Assembly (NCBI GenBank): GCA_028534125.1
Contig: CM052832.1
Span: 21,144,001 to 21,208,000, forward strand
Length of the DNA: 64,000 bases
Source: Lama glama
Lineage: Eukaryota
Direction: 5' to 3'
Shown here piece after piece: positions 1 to 13,589 of this stretch. The first letter of the stretch is position 1; every line of letters starts with the position of its first letter. Below the pieces are notes generated by a model. The model made no database searches. It saw nothing but the letters and a program-made list of their open reading frames with translations, and was not told the origin of the DNA. A program made the position numbers and the translations under genes.

Positions 1-556
1 CTTCTTGCTGCCCAAGACCCGCCCCCGCCACCTCCAGTCAGTCAACAAGTCCCATTTAAAATCTACCTCCTGAACCTCTCTGGACTCTGGCCACGTCTCT
101 ACACTCCTGCAGCCTCTCCCCCAGTTAGGGCTACTGTTATCTCCCATCCAGATTGAGCAGAAACCTCGAAACTGGTGTATCTTCAACTTTGCCTTACTCC
201 ATCCACTCTTCACACCAGCTAAACTGATCCTTCTAGGAAGCAAATCTCCTATCGGCATTAGGAAGAATTCCAGACACCTGGACATAGTTCAAACCATGAT
301 TGGGCTCTGAACAAAGCTTCAGCCCAACCTCTCTGCTTCCACTTCACACTCCAGAGTACAGCCAGGCTGCGTGCTTTTCATCCTCCACACACACTCACAC
401 GCACTCTCTCTCTCTCACCCTGGACTTGGCACATACTCCTACAAACACCGGCACCATCCTCACTGTACCATCCTCCCTCTCCCTCTTAAAGTTTAACCTA
501 TAAGAGTAACACTTAGTAGGTGTTCAATAAATACTTGTTATTGGATAAAGGAATGA
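1..556 (+). mobile_element. L2 LINE 3' fragment
   Basis: Degenerate L2 body ending in the typical tail agtaggtgttcaataaatacttgtt...gaatgaa. Confidence 0.65.
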
Positions 557-778
557 ACCAGATGATGCTATGAGGTATATGACAACGTGGCTTTTTTTAA
601 CATTAAAATTACTTCTCAGACTCTGAACAGGGGGCAGAACATGGAAATCCAGTTATGCAGGTTACACTGGCGCTGGGTCTAAAGTAATTTCCTTGTCCCA
701 TCAGGCGCAAGATGACCTAGATGCAGTATTCGACTGTTTGTTGCTTCTATTTCATCAACACCACGGGCCACTACCCTT

Positions 779-786
779 TGACGTCA
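779..786. promoter_or_regulatory. Full palindromic CRE (TGACGTCA)
   Basis: Exact CREB/ATF consensus in unique sequence; function not shown. Confidence 0.35.
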
Positions 787-1289
787 GGCGGATGCATAGC
801 CAGCTGAGAAAGGGCAGCAAGGATTACACCATTAGTCTAACTCAGATCCCGAGTCAAAGTGCTGAAATGAGAAACACTTAAAGTTCTCCCTTACTTCTCT
901 TCATTCTAATCAAACAAATAAACAAGCAAACGTATATTCAAGAGGACCCTCCCTCCCACATACACACATACACTCTAAAGTGATTTTGTGGTAATTTGGC
1001 AATCACCTTGCCTGACCCTGAATTTTGCTTAAGCTTCCTTGATCATTCCTTGGAGTGTGATGCAGTAGTTCCTCTGGCCAATTACAGTCCCTATTTACTA
1101 TTTACCCCAGGCAAGAACTGAGATCTGAGTGTAGATGTTTACTCTAAAAAAAGCTGATAGTCAGAACCGGCTTTTACCCATTCAGAAGCACCCAGTGGCT
1201 ACAACAGAAAATCCAGACTACTCTGCGTGGGAAAGCTGTGGGGGAGAGGGGTTGGTGCTTAAAACCACTCAGAGAATCTACACACCACC

Positions 1290-1660
1290 CTTCTATCTCA
1301 CCCCAGCTATGCCTGGGCCCAACCTACACTCCAGGAGTACTACCCAGAGAACCTTCCTCTGTGCTTTGCCCTGGCTCTTCCCTCCACTTGGAATGTCGCC
1401 ATTCCAGTCGCATTCCTCACCCTGTCCTGTGCCTGGCACCCCCAAGCAGAATCAGGTAGTCTCTCTGGCCTTCCTTCCTTCCTTCTCTCAAGCCACTTAA
1501 CACATTAGATATTGCAAAGACCACTCATGGATCTGTCTCCCTTACCAAGGTGAGAACAGATTAGAAGCAGATACGGTATCTTACCCATACTGATATCCTC
1601 GGTGTATAAAATAATCCCCAGTATACGGTAGTCAATGAATGGTAATTTAATGAACGAATC
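1290..1660 (+). mobile_element. L2 3' fragment
   Basis: Pyrimidine-rich L2-like body with gtagtcaatgaat...aatgaacgaat tail. Confidence 0.5.
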
Positions 1661-2974
1661 TGCTTCATTCATACAACAAAATTATCAGAACCTGACTGTA
1701 GCTCCATCCATCTCAAGTCTATACATCATAAATATCAATGGAAAACCAAACACGTAAGGGCGACCATTTACTTGCTGTGCAAATCCAGGGTCAATTACAA
1801 GACTAATTGTCATAGCTACAAGCAAACAGCTCAGCCTCTGACAACATAACTTTGAATTGTGGTTCCAAATTGATCAGCATTGGAAACAATTCAAAAGAGA
1901 ATGTTGAGAGGTTTTAAGAGATACTGACTGGCCTTTTTATGATACGCTCAGCCCCTGTTCACTGGATACCAGCAATCAGCTTGGCTTGCTTCACTTGGGA
2001 AACGACTGTCGCATGGTGTGAGAGAAGCTCCCAGACCTTAACCTAAGGACGTTTCAATCTGGTAGGCAAACTAAGGCAACCAGAAGCCATTCTGTACAGA
2101 TGTTAGGTGTGCGGTATACACAGGGGGATTATGGGCATTTACAGGAAGATGAAGACATGTTTTTGGTTTTGTGGCCTTTTACTGTTCATTGCTGGAAGGA
2201 TGGTAGGTGTGGTCTGAGAGCACAGTTTGGGCTCCTTTTAGACCAGAGTTGTTAAGCTGCAGTTCCCTCCAGAGCAATTTTGGAGCTGGAGGGTGACGGT
2301 GCTTCCGCCATGAGGAGGGAGGAGGGCAGGAGGGCAGGGAGGGTCTCACAACTCTTCTAGGTTTTTCTCCCAAGCGAGGTGCTATGTCATTGAGATGCCT
2401 TGACAGAAAAGAGTTGAAATCCAATAAGCTTCGAGTTGAAACTGAACCCAAAACCATCTTCTCCCAGAAAAGACCCAGCGAAGACTGGCCTCTTCCACTC
2501 CCAGAGCCAGGCACTCAGTCACATTGAGGAGCTCCCTGAACATACATCACAGGGCCATGGTCCCTCCTTTAAGGATCTCCATCCTTCATTCTCAAGGTCT
2601 AATGTCGCTATAAAGATTTACTTTTATTTGTCTTCAATGTGTTTGTTATTGGAAATCCTCCGGTTGAGTATATAGTCTAAGTTTTTTTAAGCTAATTAAT
2701 TTACTAATAAGTCATTAATTATGCTTCCAAATATTTCTCTAGTCTCATTTCCACCAGCCAACATCCCCAGGATACATATTCTCAAAGTCAAGTTCTTTCT
2801 CTGCCACACTCTCTGTGAGTATGGCTGAGAACGCATTCGCTTGAAATCTAGAAATCTCCAAATCTCCTGCTAGGTCTCATACAGACTCAAAAGTCCACCT
2901 TTCCCTGGGGATCACACAAAAAGCCAGTGCCCAAAGCCAAGTACATTCAAAATGACTGTAGATAACTCAGAACA

Positions 2975-3115
2975 AAGGATTCATAACCAAGAGTTCAGGG
3001 ATGAATCCATCATTTGAAATTGTATGAGAAAATCTTATGTGCGTGAATATATGGATTTTTTTCTTGGGGCAAGTTTCCATTGCTTTTAAGAAATTCTCAG
3101 AGGGGCCTGTGATAC
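2975..3115 (-). mobile_element. hAT-Charlie MITE (Charlie4z-like)
   Basis: Reverse complement resembles the Charlie4z-like copy at 10707-10870. Confidence 0.45.
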
Positions 3116-3429
3116 ACCTGCACACACACTCCTAAATTCATGAAATCCTGACAGTTTCAATAAAGAAAACATTTTTGTATACAAATACAACACAATTTCC
3201 ATTTGTCTAATGAAATGTGTCAAAAATTTTCCCATGCCTTTTCATTTAAAATCTGATTTAAATACCCAGATTAGCAGACACACCCATATTACCCATATTA
3301 GTCAGAACACAAAAATCGTAGGCGACAAGGCAGCAAAAAAAGAGCAAAGGCCCCCAAATTCTTTATGCCTGAAAAACTTGAATCAGGAAACACATAAGCA
3401 AAACAGAAAGTAGGTCATTGTCACATGAC

Positions 3430-4320
3430 TTCAGAAACACACAGCAACATTTTATTGCTACTGACCTATAAATCACCCTCCAGTTCTGAATTTCATCACC
3501 ACCGTCCAAAAGGTTACTGAACCACCTCAACGTTCCTCAAACACTACATCACGGCTACTGTGTCTGCCACCTCACCTCCTAAGACACTGGGAAACAACAT
3601 TAAGAACAAAATACCTACATTTTATTCTGAAAATGAACAATAAAGTGGTAGGAGATTCTATAGAAAGAAGTGTTTGTTTTAAATATACTTAATATATAAG
3701 GCTAAAATAGGTCTTTCCCTTCAACAGAATTTATACGGCTTAGGGCGCCTCCAAATAGGAATATGTATGCAAAGGGCTCATTTTGAATTTGTCCTGCATC
3801 TGGATCAGACATAACCAGTGGAGATTTATTGGCTTTCGTGGCTAGAGTTGTCCGACATCCTCTTCGGAACGGATCCAGATGGAAATGTCTCTCTTCTGGT
3901 TCTCGGTTATTTGCTGCTGCAGTTTCCATCTGCGATGCTAAGACCCATCCTTGATTGTATCCTGGACACCAAGCAACCTGCATTTCTTCACACTCCCTGG
4001 TTTCTTCTTAACAGCTCCACGTGGGGCTCGCCCGCTTGCCTCAAACTCATCCAACATGTCTTTCTGATTATTTATGTTGGTGACAAACTCTTTCTCACCA
4101 ACTGTCCAGGGTCACTATTCAAAAGCGCTTGATTTGAAAAAGCATTCCGTTTCCCATCCAATATTTTGGTGGCTCTACAGCTCCCCCGCTTCAGCTCTGC
4201 CATATTAGCACACTATGGAACAGAACTGAATTCTTACACTTTGTCTGAAATTGTCTTTAATGCTTGCACTTCTTGGGTATGTGTTCTCCAGTCTAAAGAT
4301 CACTAATATCAGTAACAACC
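3430..4320 (-). ncRNA. Candidate terminal exon
   Basis: Acceptor ctcattttttcag|G at 4321/4320; minus-strand AATAAA at 3825-3830, 3621-3626 and 3451-3456, the last two followed by GU/U-rich sequence. Confidence 0.3.
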
Positions 4321-4369
4321 CTGAAAAAATGAGCACTTTTAAACAAGCTGAGCACTTATATCACAAAAA

Positions 4370-4560
4370 GGATGCGATCCCAGATCTGCCACCTATGATC
4401 AGTGGGACGTTTGAGTGAGTCTCCTAACCTTTCTGAACCTCACTTTTCTAGTCTGTAAAATGGGGAGAATACCACCTTCCTCACCAGGTTGTAAGGATGA
4501 AATATGATAACGTATATGAGGCTTAGCAGAGACACTGGTTGCCCCAAAGCCAGTACTCAT
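4370..4560 (+). mobile_element. MIR SINE
   Basis: Core ctctgaacctcacttttctagtctgtaaaatgggg...ccttcctcaccaggttgtaaggatgaaatatgataa. Confidence 0.75.
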
Positions 4561-4646
4561 GTAAGTATCAAGTATTTATTTATTTTGAGAGCAAAGTCAC
4601 AATTATCTGTGGATAGGAGTGAACGTTAGCATGAGATCGTTGTGCG

Positions 4647-4683
4647 TTTTTTGTTTGTTTGTTTGTTTGTTTGTTTTGTTTTC
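4647..4683. repeat. (TTTG)n microsatellite
   Basis: Direct reading. Confidence 0.9.
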
Positions 4684-5629
4684 AGGGGAATGGAAATCAT
4701 TTCCATAAGAGCAAGCAAGCATTCCTGTTCAAAAACATCAAGGGTATATATTGTGACAAGCCCCAGGTCTGCAGGAGCACTGAACTCTTCTGGCTGACTC
4801 CTCCTAATTCTGTTTCCTCTTTTCACCCTCTCAGTGTAAATGAAAATGGCACATAGAAGAATGTAACTGCTACCTAGCAAAGCAATGGCAGCTGACAAGG
4901 ACCCTAGATGAAGCCTTCAGGTGAAGAGGTTGCTCCGCCCAACCTCCTGAAAAGACTGATTCAGGATTTAAATAGTGGCAGCCATGTGAAAAACACACAT
5001 GTCGTTTTAAAATATCTGAATTTCATTGTGCAGCTCTTTGTAAAATCCATGCAGACCAAGGAAGCTGACACATTCAATAGAACACATGGGTCTCCCTGGT
5101 ATCCAAGACCCCTCCAGGTATTTTAAGCACCAGGATCAAATTACGCAAATAAAAACAAACAAAAGCCCACTATCTGTCCATGCTCAGTCTTGCCAGGAAA
5201 AAGAAAACATACTAAAAAAAAAAGGTCTGCTGTAGGATGATTGTGGAATTATTTAGCCTATTCAGCAAGATTTTTCACTAAGCTACAATGCAATAGATTT
5301 ATTTTATCATTGTCCAACACAAACAATTGAAGAAACTCAGCCTAGTGCAAAATCCCCAGGAGAAACAATCTGCAATTTAATTAGTGAATAATGGAAGCAA
5401 TTTAAATACAATTCCAGGCATTTTTAAAGTGATATTTGAATAGACATCTGCTGTATCTACTAAGTGCTTAGGCAAAGCATAATAATCCCTGCTCTGATGA
5501 GAACGCCCAAGGTTATGAACAAGACGGTCTGTTGTTAGGGCAAGACCCATAATTTAAAACAAAACTCCAGAAATCCACCTTCTCTATACCCACCCCATTG
5601 CTACCAAATAAAGAGACAGGTAGATAGAT

Positions 5630-5662
<33 letters not shown>

Positions 5663-5671
5663 CGGACGGAC
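5630..5671. repeat. Compound (GGCA)n(GGAC)n microsatellite
   Basis: Direct reading. Confidence 0.9.
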
Positions 5672-5723
5672 TGATCACAGTCTTTTGAAGTGTAGTATAG
5701 CAGAAAGAGAAAGGATTTAAAGG

Positions 5724-5732
5724 CAGTATTCC

Positions 5733-5768
<36 letters not shown>

Positions 5769-6274
5769 CCACATCTTCTACTCAGCCATAAAAAAGAGTG
5801 AAATAATATCATTTGCAGCAACATGGATGGACCTAGAGATGATCGTACTAAGAGAAGTAAATCACAAAGAGAAAGAGAAATATCACAGGATATCACTTAT
5901 ATGTGGAATCTAAAATATGACTCAAATGAACTTTATTTGCAAAACAGAAACAGACTCACAGACATAGAAAACAAACTCATGGTTACCAAAGGGAAAAAGA
6001 GGGTGGAGAGGGACAAACTGGGAGTTTGGGATGAGCAGATACAAACTACTATATATAAAATAAACAACAATGATCTACTGTATAGCACAGAGAACTATAT
6101 TCAATATCCTGTAATAAACAATAATGGAAAAGAATATTATATATCTTATACATTCATTTCATATATATACATGTATATAACTGAATCACTTCACTGTACT
6201 AGAAACTAGCACAATGTGTAAGTCAATTCTATTTCAACAACAAAAAAAAGAAAAGAAAAATTGAAAAAAAGAAA
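5724..6274 (+). mobile_element. 5'-truncated, 5'-inverted L1 (ORF2 end, 3'UTR, A-tail) inserted in a MIR
   Basis: L1 motif tcatttgcagcaacatggatggacctagag; TSD agaaaggatttaa at 5708-5720 and 6275-6287; MIR-like sequence resumes at ~6290-6445. Confidence 0.9.
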
Positions 6275-6521
6275 AGAAAGGATTTAAGGATAATGGCACT
6301 AAGCTGGAATTCTGACTCCTTCATGACCTCTCTATGACCACCTCAATTTCTTCACTTATAAAATGGGAATATTAATGTCTACCTCATGTGAGCTTTGAAT
6401 TGTAAGCAAGAATATTTATAATAAAACACCATATAAATGTTAGCTAAAGACACCAAAATGGTGAAAAAAGAGAGGATACAAATCAAGCTGTATCTTCTAC
6501 CATAAGAATTTTACTATTTCA

Positions 6522-6821
6522 AGACTCATAGACATAGAATACAGACTTGTGGTTGCCAGGGGGGTGGAGGGTGGGAAGGGAGAGACTGGGATTTCAACAT
6601 TGTAGAATAGATAAACAAGATTGTACTGTATAGCACAGGGAAATATACACAAAATCTTATGGTAGCTCACAGAGAAAAAAATGTGACAATGAGTGTGTAT
6701 ATGCCCATGTATGACTGAAGAATTGTGCTGAACGCTGGAATTTGACACAATATTGTAAAATGATTATAAATCAATAAAAATGTTAAAAAAAGAATAAGAT
6801 ACATGAAGAATATTAAAAAAA
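6522..6821 (+). mobile_element. Young L1 3'UTR fragment (probably camelid-specific)
   Basis: gactcatagacatagaatacagacttgtggttgccagg...aataaaaatgttaaaa; TSD ttttactatttca at 6509-6521 and 6825-6837. Confidence 0.85.
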
Positions 6822-6874
6822 TTTTTTTACTATTTCAGCTTTATGGATGTATTTGTATATACAATACATTTTAC

Positions 6875-7045
6875 CATGCAGAGTTTTAGTTCTGTGAGAT
6901 GAAAACAGATCAGGAGACCGAAGGCAGTGACGATAGCAGAATGATGTGAATGTACTTAATGCCAGTGAACTGTAAACTTAAAAAGAGCTATGATGGTAAA
7001 TTTTATGTAATGTGTGTTTTACCACAATTTTTAAAAATTAATTTT
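6875..7045 (+). mobile_element. Old L1 (L1MB-like) 3' end
   Basis: gtgaatgtacttaatgccagtgaactgtaaacttaaaa...ggtaaattttatg...ttttaccacaat. Confidence 0.75.
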
Positions 7046-7065
7046 AAGTATTTACCATAATATAA

Positions 7066-8155
7066 ACCATCAACAAAACAAGACAACCTCCTGAATGGGA
7101 GAAAATGTTTGCAAATGCTATGACTGACAAGAGGTTAATATCCTAAAAAAAAAATATATATATATAGCTGTATGTATATATACAACTCAGTATCCAAACA
7201 CAACTCAGTGTCAAAAAAACAAACAACCCAATTAAACAATGGGCAGGAGACCTGAATAGACGTTTTTCAAAAGAAGACATACAGATGCCAAACAGGCACA
7301 TGAAAAGATGCTCAACATCCCTAATCATTAGATAAATGCAAATCAAAATCACAATGAGATATCACCTCACACCTATTAGAATGGCTATTATCAAAAAATC
7401 TACAAATAAAAAGATGTTGGTGAGGATGTAGAGAAAAGGGAACCCTTATACACTGTTGCTGGGCATATAAATTGGTACAGCCACTATGGAAAACAGTATA
7501 GAGATTCCTCAAAAACTTAAAAATAGAACTACCATATGATCCAGCAATTCCACTCCTGGGTATATATCTGAAGAAAACAAAAACATTAATTCAAAAAGAT
7601 ACATGTAACCCAATGTTCATAGCAGCATTATTTACAATAGCCAAGATACAGAAACAATAGGAAGTATCCATCAATAAACGAATGGACAAAGATGTGAGAT
7701 ACAAATATAAATATACACACACACAATGGAATACTACTCAGCCATAAAAAAGTGAAATTTCACCATTTGCAGCAAGACCTGGAGGGTATTATGCTTGATG
7801 AAATAAGTCAGACAAAGACAAATACCGTATGTTATCATTTATATATGGACTCTAAAAAATAAAAGAAACAAAAGAATATAACAAAATAAAAACAGACTCA
7901 CAGATACAGAGAACAAATTAGTGGTTACCAGTGGGAGAGGGAAGGGGGAAGGGGCAAGATAGGGACAGAGAATTAAGAGATACAAACTGCTATGTATAAA
8001 ATAAATAAGTTACAAGGATATATTGTATGATACAAGGAATATAGCCAGTATTTTATAATAACTTTAAATGAAGTATAATCTATAAAAATATTGAATCACT
8101 ATGTTGTACACCTGAAATTAATATAATATTGTAAGTCAGCTACACTTCAATTAAT
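7066..8155 (+). mobile_element. L1 (L1MA-like) ORF2 C-terminal remnant and 3'UTR
   Basis: Translates to [31 protein letters not shown] and a disrupted [15 protein letters not shown] knuckle; degenerate TSD tatttaccataatataa / tatttactgtgatataa. Confidence 0.92.
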
Positions 8156-8350
8156 ATATATATATTCAATTAATTATATTATTATATATATTATATATAA
8201 TATATATAATTATATAATATATAATATAATATATATAATATAATATAATATATAATATAATATATATAATATATATTATATATTAATATATATATTCAAT
8301 TAATATATATTCAATTAATATATAATATATATATAATATATATATGTGTA

Positions 8351-8385
<35 letters not shown>

Positions 8386-8387
8386 TT
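8150..8387. repeat. AT-rich (TA/TATAA)n low-complexity tract replacing the L1 tail
   Basis: Direct reading. Confidence 0.9.
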
Positions 8388-10706
8388 ACTGTGATATAAT
8401 CCCTTGGAAGCAGAATAGAAATCCTCTTCCACTAATCTTTACCTTGGTCAGGTGAAGAACCCAAGAACAGGGGCTAAGGATACTAAACATGTGATGCAGT
8501 AAGAGCATACTGCACAGTCATGTACAAATTCTAGGACTTTAGCCAAACCGTCAAAAAGGACTTTTTTTTTAACCTTTTGTTAACTGCACACAAAACAAAT
8601 TTCAAAATAAAGGTACCTGTGTGCTGGCTGGGAAGCCCTCAAACTCCTATGTTTTGTACACTTTAAGGGACAGAAATGGCATTTGTACTTATGAGCACCG
8701 ATGAACACCAATACTTGAAATTATTCAACAATTTATATTTAACAATGTTCAAGAGACTCCCAGCATATGTGGCAATAAGTGTATTAAAAATAAGAAGAAC
8801 CCACAAAAGAAGAACAAGAATTCACATTAAAGCTCGTAATAAAGAGGGAGACCGTGCCATTTAGAGAAGGTCCGAATTACAAAATGGTTCATCATGAAAC
8901 AGCATTTCTTTACATACACTGTGTTTTAAACTAAGGTGCTAATAATGCTGTAAAATAGTTATTGTAACCCAGTTCAATATAAGACATTTCGTGAACACTA
9001 AAGTGGGCTATAAAATCCGTTACAATAAAACAATTCACTGAGACACTTTAAAGTTAAACTCAAAGATCTCTTAATCTTAAATTCTATTAGGCATTTCTTG
9101 ATTTTACATTTTCTTTACATGAAATTCCAAACTCTCAAAGTCTCTAGGAAAGATTCTGTATTTTAAATTGGATAGAACTCCCTATTCATGGCCTAAATGA
9201 TCACAAGCTGCAATTTTGTATAATCATTTTTTATAAAAAATGTTTTTCAAAATTTCAAGTGAAATCATATACTAGTAAAGTGTCTGAGCTTCCTATAAAA
9301 TGAAAATATATTAACAGATAGAGAAATTTACCACGGGAACAAACACAGAAAGCAGGCATGATCAGAATCTGGAGACATTTTCCACCCTTGCACTGATTGT
9401 GGCGAGATTCAGAAACACCATTTTGCAATCTACCTCCTGAGTTACGATGTGAGGGCCAGAAGTGAGAGGCCTCCGCTAACCTTCACTGATGGCACCTGAG
9501 CGAGAAACTACATTATCCTGAGAAAATGGACAACCCGCCAGGCCAGTGACCCAAATTCGCATCTCTCGGGTTTCCTTTTTCCACATCTAATAATAGCATT
9601 AGAAACTATCCAGCAAGTAGTTTTCAAAGCCCCAGAACCCACCTCCAACAAGGAGAGCCACATAAGATAGAAAAACAGTAGACAAAGGCAAAAGAGTGAT
9701 CCTATTTCAAATTAATAAGTAATGCTGAGAGTGGATGGGAGAGGCAGGATGAGAGCCCCACCAAAAAGCTTTCCTTGGACAGCCTTTTTATGTTAAGAGG
9801 CCTCAGGACTATTTGCCTTGGTTCCCAGTTTTCAAAGCTGCAATGACTTGACCTCAGTCTTACTCCCAACCCCAAATCTGGACCAGAGTGAACATCCATG
9901 CAGTACTTGAAAGAGTGAATGAGTCCCACACACAAAAAGACAAACAGCATTTAGTGAACACATTGCCAGGCATCATAAACTGGGCTCATTACAATGCAAA
10001 TTAAGCTGCCCTGCAGTTTCAGCAAAGAAAGAGGAACTTTGCCAGAGTCCGTGGGGACTGTGAGAAAATTGAGGAATCCAACATCAAGCCAGGACAGATG
10101 CCCAGGTTCCAAGTACAGCAGGAAATGAGATGTCTGAAGCTAGATGTGATAAGAGAAAAGAAAACTTTTGCTCCCATCATCTCTCTGCTGGGGCTCCAAG
10201 TCCTAGGGCAGGTGCCTGAAAGAAGTCTCCATCCTGCAAAGACTGCTGGGAAAAGGAGGTACATGTGGTCATAAGAATTCAGACCTAGTTAAGTGTTGGC
10301 TTTAAGATCTTCAGAATCCTACCACTTTGCAGAAGGCTATCTCTTTGTCCGTAGGAAAACCAGCCTAATAAGAGTTTCATTATGCAAAGATTTCTGATGA
10401 AATGAAGATTGTTATAAGACTAGGCAGAACTGCATCCCTGCAGGCTCTGTTTCTTGTCCTGGAGAAATGTTTCTTGTCCAAGGATGGATTTGGACCATTT
10501 GGTTCCTACAGACTATTGCATGGAGATCTCTGCATTTGAGCAATTGTTTGTAAAAGATCAAAAGCAGAGACACAGATATCTGGAGAGAAGATACCCATAT
10601 TTATGTGCTGATGGAGAAAGGACTACAGGTGACACCTTGAGCAATTTCCTACCTTGAGGAAACTGTACATGCCCTAAGTAATCCAGACTGGAAGCAGACT
10701 CCTAAA

Positions 10707-10870
10707 AAGTGGTTCTTAATCTTCATGCCAGATCATTTTAACGGTCTGATAAAGGCTATAAATCTGTTCCCCAGAAAAAAGCATACACCCACAAAAATTT
10801 GCACATAGCTTCACGGTGTTCGTGGATCACTCAAAGCCTGTGTCCATAAAGCTAAAAACATGTGGACCAC
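10707..10870 (+). mobile_element. hAT-Charlie MITE (Charlie4z-like)
   Basis: agtggttcttaatc...ctgataaaggctat...ccccagaaaaaagcatacac...atttgcacatagcttca. Confidence 0.55.
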
Positions 10871-13589
10871 TGGATTATGGGGTTGTCTGGCTAGGGCTAC
10901 AGGTTAAGGTAATAGCACTTTGGGTAAGCTGGGATGTTTCCTTCGATGGAACTGAGTATTTTTTCCACAGGCATGCCAGGAAGAAGTAGATCCAGAAACG
11001 GGAAATAAAGAAAGGAAGGTCTTAGGGGAGAAAGAAACTCTCTTTTTTCTCTAATTCTAGTGAGACTTTGGCCTGGACACTCAGGGGTATAGATGTACTT
11101 ACAGGTACCCCAGAATGGTGAAGGATACTGACCTCCACTCCCACGGAAGACAGCTAGAGCCCGGGAGCACATCAACCCTAAAATAGCACCTTGTGGATGA
11201 CCCAGACCTCTGGCTCCCATGACAGCCATGGCTCACAGCTAACTGTAAGTCATCCTCTGTGCTCCTGTTAGCCTCAACTTTCATCCAGTCACGTCAAATG
11301 TTATAGCCTCAATTCAGAAATTGTTGAGGAGCAATGGGAGGGGTCTCTGTCCAAGCTCGGACCAGAGTGACAAGGGGAGGGCATGCCCTATTTGAACCCA
11401 GCACAGTGATGGTGGCTGTAAACTATGAGCCTGTGAGCAGCAATGGGGCCAAGAGTCGAAGGCAGGTGATGGGAGATGGGCGAGAAAGAGTCAGACAGAC
11501 GTAAAAACCTGTGAGTTCTTACATCCTTCCTCTGGAGGATGAAGGAGACAAAAAATTCTCCACAGAGGAGGCAAAGGGCCTTCTGTTCCCAGGGTGGACT
11601 ACAAGCCAGTGGGTTTCGGGTTGACCTGTGAATGTGATGCCACCTTTTGAAAGATCAAAGATCACATCAAAAAGTAAACAGAAAACTAAAAAGGATTAGA
11701 ATAAATAAAGGAATCTAAGGGCTAGATTCTGTGGCGGGAAATGTACAGCTCTAATTAAAGAAAAACAGAAAACACAAATAAAATTAGAAATAACTATGTG
11801 TTTAAATTTTTATTAAGTAGAGTATCTAACATATAATTTCATGGCAACATTTTATTCGTCTTTTTTCCAGCTTTACCAATATACCATTGACACATAATTT
11901 GTGTAAATTTAACACAGTATGATTTGATACTGATACAGATCGCAAAATGATTCATGGTAAAATTTAAAATCTTAATGTACCTGATGGTTTTCTGCATAGA
12001 TTTGAATTCTCAAAAGCAAGATAAATAGAAGAAATTAAAAAATGTGTCAAGTAGTTTACACCAAGAAAAAGACTCAGTGCCCATTTGGTTTTTTATTGGC
12101 CAATTATTTTAAATTTCAAGGACCAGTAATTTCCATGCTATATGATCTGCTACAGAACATTAAAAAAAGGAATTCTCTAAAAAGATGCAACAGCAACACA
12201 TAATTTATACCTATACCTATAAAACAGAATGAAATAAAAATAGAACTAGTAATATGAAGGGTAAGACTATGCTTTTGTGCCTTTCAGTTGCCTAGTAACT
12301 ATTATAATTTAAATTGAGATTATGGGATGCAACTTAAAAAAAAAAATCTCCAAACATACCAATCCTAGTATCAAATTTCTTAATCTCTCCTAAATCTATT
12401 TTATGCGGTTAGTGTAGTTGAGATACATAGAGTAACTGAACTGTAGTAACTGTATTTCTACATCCTTCTATCCTTTTACTTTGTGCAACTCTGGAATGTG
12501 TATTTGGTTCCAAAGTCTTTGATAAAACGCTTTGCCATTCAATATTCTAAGTGTAAATAAACCACTGCATCACGTATTGATTTTATTTCAGACGCAGTTT
12601 CTCCGATGCCTTAAGAATATAAAGTCTATATTACATGTCATTCTCTTAAAGATCATTTTCTTGGAGAGGAAAAGCAGTCAAAAGCGTGATGGATTTTCTT
12701 CTTTTGATGGATATGGGGAAACTTACAGTGTAACAACCACTATGATAGATCTATACAGCTGAAGCATTCTCAAGTGGAAGAAATAATAATGGAACATGAG
12801 ATCTGGCCACACTGTGGTTATAACAAGGCTTGGATTGGCAGAGGCTAGGCTGAAAAAACAACCCTGTGTCTGATAACCTGATTTCTGTCTCGTATTTTAA
12901 TGGCTTAGACTTTAGTTCCCATTAATGTTACAAATTCCACCTGAATTCTAAAAGAACGAGTCATGCAATTTAAAGCTAGAAGGAATCTTCAACACCTCTC
13001 CTGATTTTACAGATCAGAAAACTGAGGCCCGAGAGACTAACTACTTCTGTTTTGTCTCCTGAATTTATCAGGGCCATAAACGACATCGAGTGGTGATTAT
13101 AAAAATGCTTAGAACTTTCCATCTCCTCCACGCCGTCTGCATTAGACCAAAAAAGCGGAACAACTGGTAAAGGGACCCACAAATCATGCAGTTTCAAAAT
13201 ACAGCAGCATATACACCACAGGCAAGAAATACACCCTAGTTTCACATTATTAATAATTTAGGGCTTAATTCAGAAAGAGTTTAGATCCAACCCCTCCAAG
13301 AAATCTTTACGGGCTTCTGACAAAGCTGATACTATCATCTAAATTATTTATCCGCTCTCACCAGCTCAGCATCAGTGGGCTTTGTAGGCAGAAAGGAAGG
13401 TGACAGCTGGAAAAGCGGGGAGGCACGTGCTTACCCTGAACTCTCCCCTGATGTCTGCGGAGGCCAACAAGCTGATTTCTAAACACCTGTTCTCGGACCC
13501 AGGAGACGACCTCCTGACCTCACAGAGAAATACCTACCCTTCCAAGGCAAGCCTTCGACTTGCTTCAGAAAGAAAGAATTATTACTCAC

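Noticed and set aside
2179..2675. 111-aa (-) and 79-aa (+) ORFs
   Set aside because: No homology recognised and no convincing splice context
3702..4132. Overlapping 93-aa (-) and 104-aa (+) ORFs as a coding exon or retrocopy
   Set aside because: No recognisable protein, no polyA/TSD, and many upstream ATG/stop codons in the candidate exon
5823..7512. ORFs 5823-6209, 6497-6748, 7143-7352, 7321-7512
   Set aside because: All lie within L1 remnants (sense or antisense)
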